Source of the DNA: Chrysomallon squamiferum
Lineage: Eukaryota; Animalia; Mollusca
DNA length: 64,000 nt
Direction: 5' to 3'
Assembly (NCBI GenBank): GCA_012295275.1
Contig: CM022679.1
Location: forward strand, 15,376,001-15,440,000
The translations under genes and the position numbers were made by a program. Shown one piece after another: positions 37,582 to 49,709 of this stretch. The notes beneath the pieces were generated by a model. The model was given only the letters and a program-made list of their open reading frames with translations, was not told where the DNA came from and made no database searches. Position 1 is the stretch's first letter, and every line of letters starts with the position of its first letter.

Positions 37582-40500
37582 TCACCTGTCCACACCTGTG
37601 TCAAGTCCAAGGAGTTGTTTTACAGTCTCATACGTTGTAAATGACATAGCTACCATAGGCATGATGCGAATGTAGTTGACGCTGAGTCCACGATATAGTC
37701 CCTGAGAGATGCCGTGTTCCTTGTAGATAAGAATCAGTGTTTGAACCCAGCCTCTGCAAACAAAATAACAATAAATAAATAAAATATAATTAATGAAACA
37801 AAAATATTCAATACACACATATAACGGACACAGAATGTCTGCAAAGTATTAAAAAGCAAATCATTAACAAAGTCAGAAAAAATGCCATGTAGAATTTTTT
37901 AACCAAAAAACTATTCAGTTATTCTGATTACAATAATACTTTTATCTGCGATATTATAAAAAGAATATATGGAAAAATATTTTTATGAAAATTAATACAT
38001 TCATTGGCTGATTAAACAATAAATTCATTACTGTATATAAAACATTTTGAAAAATATTTTTTTTATTTCTGGAAAAAATAAAGAAACAATTGTATATTTG
38101 GGGGTTTTGGTTTTTTAATAATTAAAAAAAAAAGAAAAAAAGGGGGTTTATTACTGAATTATAAATATTTTCTATATAATTAGTTTTATTTAATGCAATG
38201 AAATTATAATTTGATATATATAATTCCCTTTGGATGGAAGTATTTAATTTATTGAATAAATATTGGATATTTTATTTACTGTCTGTAAATAGTGTAGCTA
38301 TCTCAAATCTATTTATCAGTAACACTGGACTTGGTGAATATTTATTTTTTTAGCACTATTATATAATTTTGTTTTGAAATAATAAATTAGTTAAATTAAC
38401 CTTTCATATTTATGAGAATCGGGCAACATTGTAGACAGCTGAAGTCTTCTTCGAACCACATCAAGAGGATAACTGAATAAAACAAATTTTATGTTGTAAG
38501 TTATATTACTGTACTAACAAAAACTGATCTGTATCCAAACAACAATGTATCCTTATTTTTTGTTACTAAATGAGAGAAAAACATGTATAAAATTTAACAT
38601 AATTAATATCAGTTATTAAACAACAAAAATACTTAATATCAAAGTTAATAAATAACACAACAACCATAAGAAAAAAAACAACAAAAAACATCTACTTAAC
38701 TGTTTACTGAATTATTTGTTTTGTATTTTTAATCAACTGAAATGGATAAATAGATAAAACTGAATTATTTAATTTTTAATCAACTGAAATGGATAAATAG
38801 ATATGAATTCAATGATACATACAAACAGATATCCTTTTTTCAATGATTAATGTAATAATTTTCCAAATTAACCGCAAAGGGACCTTAGAAAAATATAATA
38901 GAGATTTTACTCTGTTGTCAAACTTACGACACAGACTGTGCTACAGCACCTGCCAGTCCCCCACACAACAGCTTGGCTGGCAGAAACAGGACGAGTCCTC
39001 CAGTGTTCTGGGGACACGGCTTACCAACAACGTCAGGGAAGTTGTCAAGAAGGAATATTTTACTTGTTTCAAAAGTGAAGAATGAAACACCTGAAAAACA
39101 CACGGGTCAACTTCATTATGCAAACTAAGGCATTTACAAAAAAGTGTTTCAACATTGTGGGAAACAATGAAAAAAAAATAAAAAGATTAAAAAATAAGAA
39201 AATCCTCATTGAGTCATGGATAGTTATAGAAAAAATAAAAATAAAATAAAATATCTAAAAAGATAAAAACATAAAGTCTTTCAAAAGAACATTATGAACT
39301 TTTAAGTATTTATAACCTATTATAATTTTGATATACATAAATTAATGAATTACCTACAATACAGGTGTTAAGCAAATACTGAAAATGATTCACTCCACAA
39401 AGCTTCTTTTTTGGCTTGTTTTAAAATTTTGAAAAAAAAAAAAACACCCTCATTCAGGGCTATTTTAATAAAGTATAAAGTTAAAAATGAACAACGAATA
39501 TTAAAATATGGTTCAAATAAGCAACAACAAAATTTATTAATGTAAGGGATCAAGTTAAAAACTTTGTATTTTTATAAAATAACCAATCTTTGACATCTAA
39601 TGACCATGAATATTAACATGTTATTAAAAATACATTCATTCATTCATAGAATGAGAAAAACAATCTTAAGCCAAAAAAAAATTTAACAATATAAAAAGTG
39701 AAAAAGCCATTCCAAAAAACAATTTAACTCAATTATAAAAAATGTTCACCTTTGACTTGAAATGGGGCCATTCCAAGAACTAGACGGAACCAATCCTTTG
39801 TACAGTGCCTTTGTTCCCCCCTCTACATGGACCATGGACCGAACGGTGTGTCTCAAACCCAGGTAAATATGTTCACCTTTGACTTGAAATGCCAGTCGAG
39901 CTCTCACAACATCCAGTGGATAGGTAGAGACAACTGCTGTGAGACCTGCAAGATATTATTCAGTATATTTAGAGCACCAAAAGAAAAGGTATTTTCTTCC
40001 CTTCATTTGTTGTCATTCTCTAAGTTTGTTTGAAAAACACTTACCAGCTAAAGATCCTGCAGTTAGCTTGATAACATGTGGATTATCAGACAGATGTTTT
40101 TTCATCATCTGAAAATAATAATAATAATAATAATAATAATCATACAAAATCAAATCAAATAAAAAATTAAATAACAAACAATTTTTTTCAAATCTGCTCC
40201 CTTGACTCAGGACTACAACATTAAAAGACTTCGTTATAACTTTGAAAAAGCTTTATCAGTCAGTGCTTAGCTCTTATGACCTTTCAAAAATATTATTTAA
40301 TCATTTAACCAAATCTCTTAATACATACAGTAATACAGTTGCAAGGTTAATACATATACTATAGACATTAAATTATGTCCATCTGTGCAAAACAAGTAAA
40401 ATCATCTAGTAAAAATGTATATACTAGCCTTGCCAAACAAGTACTCCAGTATATAGTTAAAATAATTATTCATTTTCCCATGTGCATTTCATGATCAGTA

Positions 40501-42910
40501 TTTAAGCCTATACCAAATGATTTGTGATCAATATGTATGCCATCCTCAAAATCATGTTAATGAATATGTATATAAATATACATTATATATAAGTGTAAAA
40601 ATAAAAAACATTTGTTGAAACATTTGTCAGTGTCATTCCACATTAAGAAAAAACAATAAATATAGATAAAATGGACCAACTACATTAATTAAATATTCTG
40701 AAAAATTAAATTTAGTTGTTTTTTTATATAACAGTTTTGTGTGACTTTATGTTAAAAGAAGACATATACATATATACAAGTAATAGAACACTGAAAAGAA
40801 AATGTTTATGAAAAATCAGTGTTGAAATTATTGAAGTATTAAAAAGAAATATATAAATGTATTGTTCATGTGTACAGCTGAATATAAATGGCATAAGAAT
40901 AATAACATCTATCACAATGTGACACACATTTATTTCTTTTTTCTTAGTTTTCAGCTCTTTAAAAGATAATATATACACTCACCTTTTTGTATTGTTCATA
41001 GGACATAAACTGTATAGCAGCATAAGGGAATATTCTCAACATCTGAACACCATTTCCTTTGTACAGACCAAGAAACCCTTCTTTGACTACAACTTGACGA
41101 ACAGCTGAAAAAACTCCTGCAATGAATAACAAGTTAAATATAAAAACATAATTTAATAAACTCCAGAAATATTGATGTAAAAACACTTTTACAAACTGAC
41201 AGTCCAAATAATTATCAGATTCAAATAGTGTATCATCACATTATTTTAATGCCTCATTCACCTGTATTGTTTTCATAACAAACTAAAAAATTAAAAAAAA
41301 AAAATTAAAAATAATAATAAATAATTAAACAAAACCAAAAAACCAAAAATAAAATAAAATTAAAAAATAATAAAATTAAAAAAATATATATATATCTCAG
41401 AAGACATATCAGAATTCATGCTTGGGGATAATGTGGGTTAGGATAGGATAGGAAAAAAATTAACATGCTAATCAGAGCAAGCTGTTGTGAAGCACGTCTG
41501 CAACGGGCATGCTTTCTGACAGGTCAGCGGGTGTGTCCGTCGCATAACGTGGGTGAAATACTTGCCCTTTTATACTAAACTTCACTGAACTTTTAACTCA
41601 AGGTGAAGATTACAGTTGTCATCCTTTTTTTTTTTTTTTTTTAAACAATAGCACCTGGAAGTATGTCTCAGTAATTAGCTAGCAGACTTTAGTTATATAT
41701 TCATTAATAAATGACTGGGGGAAAACTAAATATTCTGTTTCTGTTCTACATCAATTGTGCAAGGGGTATAAATAAATAAATCACCAACATGTTGAAAATA
41801 ATGCTACTGATTTTTCCAGTTTCATCTAACAAGAAGCACAAATTTTCTCACACCATTCAGTTAAATGATACAGACTTTTTATCTGTGACCAAGCACTACA
41901 GAAATGGATGTTTTTCACCAGCTTAAACCCTGCATATATGTAAATTGTGTTTTTTAATATTTTAAAAGAAAATACAAGATTTAAAAAACTGCCTACCTAA
42001 ATGTTTGTAATGTCGATTATGTGCCTGCAGAAGTATTTTCACTCTGTCAAGAGGAGCAACTGTTGTTTTAGCACAGCAACCAGCAACACCTGTTTAAAAG
42101 GAATAAATGGTTGAAGTTTATTTCATTCCAAACTTTTTATTTCTTATAATAAAATATTAATGATAAAAAATGATAAGGAAAAAAAAAAAATAATAATAAT
42201 AATACAAATAAAAATAAAAATAAAATAATAATAACAGGAAATATAATTATCTTCCATTTAAAGTGTGGAACAAATTTGAAAGTAATAACAGCACAAATAT
42301 TTTTTAATATGTATAATGATGATAATATATTTTATTTAAATACTTTTACGAAAGGTTTAAAGTATCCAAAAAAAATTCATAAACTATCTATTCATGGACA
42401 CTATTAGATTAGCACCAAGGGAGTAATCAATCTGAACAACAAATCAGAGAATGTATGTGCTGTGAATTATAGAATAATGTTTCACTTATAATTCATTAAA
42501 ACATGGACTGATAATTATATGAAATGCTTTATTAGATTTGTACAATATTCTAAACTGTTTTCATAGTTCTTTTTCATTAACTATCACTTCCTTTGATTGG
42601 AAAAAAATATTTGTTATAAACTTTTGGCCGAACATGTTTCTGGTAGAACTTTAACACACCACCAAAATGGATTTAAAGGAATATGAAAGTGAAATAAATA
42701 TACTCTTTTCATTTATATGTTTTAAAAATCGACATCCTCCATGTAACTAATTAAAAATTCTTAAACATCTAAATAAAATAATAACAAAAGTTGAAGTTTT
42801 TAACTAATTAATTACTGAATGTTATTACCTCCTGACAGAAAAGTCTTGAAAGCAATTTCAATCTGATCTTTCTTTTGGTCCAAATGTTTTTTTAATTTAA
42901 ATTCTGTCAT
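37582..42910 (-). CDS. SLC25A16: Mitochondrial carrier SLC25A16 (Graves disease carrier / CoA transporter); end of exon 5 apparently damaged
   Basis: Exons (minus) 42910-42829, 42089-41997, 41116-40983, 40108-40045, 39945-~39750, 39090-38928, 38472-38401, 37753-37582. Diagnostic peptide FLSGGVAGCCAKTTVAPLDRVKILLQAHNRHYKHLGVFSA. Three Px[DE]xx[KR] carrier signatures (PLDRVK, PLDVVR, PLDVVR); LYKGNGVQMLRIFPYAAIQFMSYEQYK. Confidence 0.92.
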
Positions 42911-43495
42911 GGCGAGTTTATGGAGTGGCAAATTTTATTTTATTACTGGGATATGATAAATAAATATATTTTGTGTTTGATGCTTTTTTCGAAATTCCCC
43001 CAAAAGATAAACACTTATGCCAACCCATTTCATTCACACCTACAAACTACCTAGTTAATCAGAAACCAATAATGAATAAATCGAAATTAAATAACTAAGA
43101 TAAACTCTATCAAATAATGCCGATATTCTTAATTAAAAGGGAACAGTAATGTGGCCACAAAAAGTATTCTTTAGAAAACGTCTGAAACACAATGACACCA
43201 CTCATGGTTATCACACAGATAAACTGAAAAAAATTATCACAATGTCCAAATCATCTGTTCGTCAACCATCTTGCTATTAAAGTTCAAAGTTCTTTATTTA
43301 CATTTTGACAAAGTTTCGTAAATTTCGAAATTAATGTTAGTTTTAATATTTTTAAATATATATTATAAAGTGTAATAAAATTTTAAAATAAATATTAAAA
43401 TGAACGGATTTGTTTATATCCAAAGAAGCAATATCTACAGATTGTTTGAAACTGAGTTGAATAGGCGGCTGAAAAAACAATTGTAAACATTCAAA
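42911..43495. promoter_or_regulatory. Putative bidirectional promoter SLC25A16/CAMLG
   Basis: The divergent start codons are only 585 bp apart. Confidence 0.65.
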
Positions 43496-43735
43496 ATGGC
43501 TACTATAGAACAAAAACGTGAAGAACGAAGAAGAAAAATCCTAGAAAACTCCGAAAAACGAATGAAAAAACTTTTGGGATATGACTATGCAGGAGAAGGT
43601 AATGATAGTCGTCTTTAGATTTAATTTTTCTATTGACAAATAAAAATTAATTATTAATGGTTTCAGTGACTGGTCCAGATAAACGTATATTTTAGTAATT
43701 TTTACTATATAATTTAGTATATAAATTATAAAAGC

Positions 43736-43787
<52 letters not shown>

Positions 43788-45802
43788 TTTCCATATGATT
43801 ATTTATGTTGAAAATGAATTATATTTATATCTTAATTTTTGTCTATTTAACTCAAATACACAGGTTGAGAAGAATAGTGTGATACTTCATTACTTGACAG
43901 TATGATTGAGTCATGATTTTAAAGTTACCCTTTTTGCTTATTGAGTACGAACCTGATAGGTTGTCTGATACATCTTAGTATTTATAACTTATTAATTAAA
44001 ACATGAGTGGAATATATTATTTGGCAAAATTACCCAAATTTTTATTTTAGTGACAACTGACATATTTTTTGTTTGTTTTGTTTTTATATTGGATTTTATG
44101 TTAAGACACCTTCATTATTTGCAGATATTGATCATAGAATAAAAAATAAGTTGCACATATGCCTGTCTCATCTTCTTTTTTTATATTTAATATGTATATT
44201 TCTCTGTGATTTTTGTTTTCAGAAAAAGAAAAACCTTTTTTACTAAATCGGAAAACTTCTAAAGAGCCTAGTGAAAGACAGTTTATTCCTAGCAGAGTGC
44301 CAGATAATGCAACAGATGATTCGAATGATAAAGATATTTTGCCTGAAACTAGCTGTCAGACATCTGTTAAGTTAAGTAGTTCAGAGATTACCACAAACAA
44401 TTTAAACACATTGGACCGAACCAGATTTTGCAGCAATATATGTCTTGCCATTATTGTTCGGTGGTTATTGTCCATAGAACTAGCTTCTTTCTTCTTTGAG
44501 GTTTGTGAAGTGCAATAAAAAATTATTACATAAACAAATCCAGTAGGCCATGTTAATTATTTTAATATAAATTATATCATTTTTATTATTATTCTGTTTG
44601 TTTAAATAATAATAATAATAATAAAAATTGTAATTGATTTAAGTAATGTTTCACTTTAAAATAACATTTTAGTGTTAAAATTCTTTTCATAAGACATGGT
44701 AGAATTGGAAGGTTGGTTATTAAATAATGATGTTTATAAAAAGAATATTTAAAATGATGGTTCATTAAAAACTCACTAAATGATAAAAAAAATTGGTGAT
44801 AATACTTTATTTCAGAAAGAGAAAAAATACCACACTTTACATAAACATGTTCCATTTCACATATACATTATTTCTCTAAATTCACCACTGATCTCATGCA
44901 TTTTTCTTTCAGTCCATATTCTTTCCATTTGCTGCCTTGGAAATTGCCATTTTTTCATATCAATGCACTTGTATGAAGGTACTTAATGCTTTATAGAGTT
45001 TTGTCTAACGCTTGGCTGTTTTATGACAAATTAGTAATGTACCATGTAACAATAAAAGTTCAGATGTGTGTATTTTAATTAATTTGCAGTTTATAAAAAG
45101 AAGAAGAAAGATACTGTTAAAATTTTAAAAAATAGTTGCTCACAGCAAATTCACCAATGCTGTCACTTTTTGGAACTATAATAAGTTTGTAAAGTGTACA
45201 TATATGTGTACAAAATAAATAAATAATGGAATCCCCAGAAAAAGAGAAATATGGTGGTTATCATTCCCATTACTTCAGGTGTCAAGATGGTTCACAACCA
45301 GTATAATTTGTTTATACTCAGTGGTGTATTTATTTTGTTATAACCAGTTGTTTCTAACAATTTGTAATAGTTTAATGAATGATTATAAGAAAATAATTTT
45401 AAAAAAAAGGTTAGTCGTATTCCATATAAAATCCAATTATTCAAATAAAAGCCACCTATTAATATTTTAAATATTCTAAAAGTGATGATTTTTAATGTGA
45501 AAGACACCAAAAACAAACAAATAAATAAATAAATAATAACATTAATTTATCAAAAAGATATGTTAAAAAATGATTTCATTTGAACTGTTGTAACGTATCA
45601 TTTATAACTTCACTTACAGGATATTCGGCTGCCTCATGGCTTTGCTTTAGTGACGAGTGTTCTCATGCTCTTTGGACTAAACCCAGAGGTGTTGCGCATT
45701 GTGAACAGGATTTTAGGATACGTAATAGCAATTGCAGAAGACTGTGGCCTTTACATTTTCACATTTTTTGTCTGTGATGAAATAATCAAACATGTGGCAT
45801 AA
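43496..45802 (+). CDS. CAMLG: CAML / GET2 (tail-anchored protein insertion receptor), about 209 aa
   Basis: Exons 43496-43598, 44223-44500, 44913-44978, 45620-45802 (630 nt, in phase). N-terminal basic TRC40-binding motif REERRRKILENSEKRMKKLLG, a low-complexity linker, then a hydrophobic C-terminus ending EDCGLYIFTFFVCDEII. Confidence 0.85.
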
Positions 45803-46293
45803 TCTTAATTGGTTATTTATTTATTTATTTTTCAAATACAACGGTAAAGGCTGTAGACTGCGTAAAAGAGCTTGTTAAAGAGCCTGTTTGGGTTGGTGTG
45901 CAAAATAAAATGAGATCAGCAATAACATTTTCAACTAGTTACTCCAGATTTTTAGTTTGATTAATAGTTGTAGTGAGAGTTAGCATAGTTTTTATTAGAA
46001 TGTAGTCTAGTCTTGTGTATAATTAATAAATTATTTTTGTTGGTGGCAATAAATTTAATTTTTGAAGTTCTTTTAAATTTTAAAATTGTTAAATTTGTTT
46101 GAGTACTCTAATGGAAAAGAAACTACATAAGACAATTTTGTCAAAAGGGCATTCCATACAGTTCTTTTCAAATGAAACTTGGCAGCAATGATATTGAATA
46201 CAAATTTAAAAAATTGATAATTGGCGAGAGACTGTTGAAGTATGTTATGTCTATTAAGGCATTAAAAATAAATGTATTGGTTAACAGCACAAA

Positions 46294-46462
46294 TTTTTCT
46301 ATCTGTATATACATTTTACAAACTGTACATTAGATTTCATTATTTTTGTCTTCTAAGTTTCTGAGATTCAGTTTCCTATTTTTCTGTCTGTATATTCATT
46401 TTACAAACTGTACATTAAAATTCATGAATTTTTGTCTTCTAAGTTTCTGAGATTCAGTTTCC
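46294..46462. repeat. Two ~84 bp tandem units downstream of CAMLG
   Basis: TTTTTCT.TCTGTATAT.CATTTTACAAACTGTACATTA...TTTTTGTCTTCTAAGTTTCTGAGATTCAGTTTCC occurs twice. Confidence 0.9.
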
Positions 46463-48106
46463 AACCAATTTTGGCATTGAACCAACTTTTAAAAGATTGC
46501 TTTTTTTTCCTTTTTGGTGCTTTGTTTCAGAGGTTTTCATTTGAGCATCCCTACTTGTGGAGATACTACTTACAATATTTCACATTTCAATTTACAGTTT
46601 CTTGAAATCTTTTTAAGTAGAGGTACTCAAATGTATGTAACATAACTGTAAATATGAATTAATATCTTTATATTTTACTCTTGGGAACAAAATCTGACAA
46701 GTGCCATGCACACGTACTAAAGGCAGCAAAAATCTCAGTGCACATAAGTAATGTGGGTGATCTGTTGTTACATATATTTCACTTTATTAACTGGAATTTC
46801 AAAGTACATTCACAGCAGTGGCTGTAATTTTCATATACTTCATTGATCTTAACAACTAATGAAAGATATAGATTCCTATCCATTATTTACATCTCAGGTT
46901 GATCATTTTCAAAACCCTTCTGAACCATGCATAAAATGATATAAACAGGCTAAAAGATAGTTTAAAAAAACCCAGCATGGTTCATTTATGAGATTGGTCT
47001 CCCCTTCAAAAAAGAAAGTTTTGCTTAGTTTAATCTTGGTATTTGTGGATATATTATACTGTTTAAATAATGTTGGCTTTCATTATCATGATGGTTTTTG
47101 GGTCATTTTTTAAATTATTTTTGTTATAGGATTTGTGCATTAAAAAGTGCTGTTTGGATTTAATGTAGTTCTTAATTCACTGTTATATTCACTGTTAAGT
47201 ATGAATGGCTATTAACTGTTTAACTGCTGATTATATCAGAGTTCAAAATAGTCAACTTTGTGATCATAAAATGTTCAAAGGAATCAAATTAGTGTTTTGG
47301 CATATCAAAAATTGCATTTTGTTCTTGATGTATTCAGATAGAAATAATTTTGTGTGTTTCATTACTTCAAGAAAAGATGCAATAAAAATGAAAAATAATA
47401 TTAAACCATTTTCCCATGGTGGTATTTATATTCCAGATTTTGGACTATAAAGGTGTAGTGGGTAGAAAAAAAGTAAAATGAATCAAATCTATGGCAAAAT
47501 ATTCCTGCAAAAACTTAATTATAATATACCAATGAGTAATTTTTAATGCATGCTGTCGTTTGTAAGTGTCAGCACACTGAAACAGACTAGGGTATTTACT
47601 GTCAATTGCTGATCAATAATAAAATACATACAAGTACACACACATTTTTTAATACATTTTTTTCATAATCCAAACTGTATCATAACATTTAATATTAAAT
47701 TAAAAATGTTTAAAAGTGTTACATTGAAAGCAGAATTTGATTAATAAACTCAATTTTGCATGAAGATCTTTTTTGTTAGTTTTATTTTCACTACAACCAA
47801 GTTAATTAACATTAAAAATCAAAATCTATCTTTAGTTCAGTTAATGTTTCTTGTTTTTATGTTACTACATTCAGTAAAGACAAATTTAATTTTTCACCAA
47901 CTGTTCATGCAATAAATTTGTATTACATATCAAGCTCATATCTAAATGCTGCTTAAAACTGTTATGGGAAAAATGAAATTCCAGTGAGATCGTCCATTTC
48001 AGAAATTGGTTATTTGCATCAGAATAAACATTTAAAAAAAAATTATAATAATAAAAATTGTCTCATTCCAAAGTTTATTTAATTTAAATTCCATTAATTC
48101 AGGGGA

Positions 48107-48138
<32 letters not shown>

Positions 48139-49709
48139 TAGAATTAAATCCTGCACAATCTCTGAAATTTTAATGAATAACCTAAATATAACTGAATCTT
48201 TGCTTTTAAAAATATCTTGACAGTATTATTGTTGGATTAAAATATAGTAACAAGTGTATCATTAAAGAAAAAAAACGTAGTGGAGGAATTTTCAAAATAT
48301 GTCATAAAGACTCATTAAGTAAAGTAAACAACTGCTATAAAATTAAAATAAAACAAAGGACAGTGCTTTGTTACAGGTCTTTAATGCCGAATTGTTTTAC
48401 ATGCTGGAAACCTAGATTTACAAAATAATCTGGACATTAATTTAGCATTTTTACTACAAAACTTGAATACATCAGAAATTAAATTAGTATCTGCAAATGT
48501 TTTTTTTTTTTATAAAAAGATGTCACTACAAACCATAAAAAAAATGAAAAAGCAAACAATGAAAAATAAATATAAAAAGAAAAAAAGAAAAATAAGCTAT
48601 GCAGTCAGTGGAAGCATATACGATAGATTGATTTAATGTACTATAAGTTATTTAAGTTAAATTTGGGAACCAAAACCAAGATTTTTTTTTGTTTTGTATT
48701 TTTTTTTAAATTACATTACGTGAATTAGTATTTATTTGATACTGATGCCTCTCTAATCATTTTCCTTTACAAAAGCTAAATAGCTTTTTCAAAACTTAAG
48801 CTGCTAATTACAATTAAAACTATTTTTATTCACAAATTTCTTCTCAAATGGAAAACAATAGCAGTATCTCTTTAAGATTTATTAAACAGAATCTGCTATC
48901 TTCAACAACTAAAAAAAAAAATAATAAAAAAAATTCTAATTTGCTTCAGCTGACAATTAAAAATACTTTCTATGATATTTCTAAAATGTAGCTATACTAA
49001 CGATGTTAAGGATATATCACCATCAATGGTAATATTATTTTTGCATTAACCAGAATGCTATTATCAAAATTTATAAAAGTTTACAAATATGTATAACATC
49101 TAAGACATGCAGATATACTACCTAAAAACACTTTGGAAATTGCCTAAAATAATAATTTTAATAAAATAAAATATATAAAAATATTAAATGTGTAGGTCTT
49201 AGTATATATTCTCCAAATTAATACAGAAAATTAAAATAAGAAATGTGGTCTTTTGAAAGAATAGACAAAAAAAGGATTTGTATGAGACAGACATATTAGC
49301 TCAGTATTTTTCAAAGAAATAAAAATCAATCATGATTTAAAGTTAATTCTTTTACAGCATTACATCCAGCAGAAAAACAATGTATCCCTGAAAATTCCAT
49401 TCTACTCAAGAAAATTGCCTTGTGTTAATCTCTGACTGATTTCCAATATTTTTTTGTAAATACTACATTTTTCAACAATTTTTTTCAACCCAGAGCATGG
49501 ATCCAATTCCTTTTCCTCTTCTCACTGATCACAGCACTGTTAAAACCTAAAACATGCATTTTCATTACACCTTTTCTAATCATTAATTCAGATTTGTCCA
49601 GCTTTCTTCAGTTATTTCAAATAAATGTGGAATACTGATATTTGTTAGTTTTTAAGAATACATGATATCAAAACACACGCGTAAGCTCATTTATCCAACA
49701 CTTGTCTGA

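Noticed and set aside
41420-41560. GC-richer patch in SLC25A16 intron 2 (CAGAGCAAGCTGTTGT...)
   Set aside because: Probably a SINE or other repeat remnant, but there is no second copy, A/B box or target duplication in the window to support a call.
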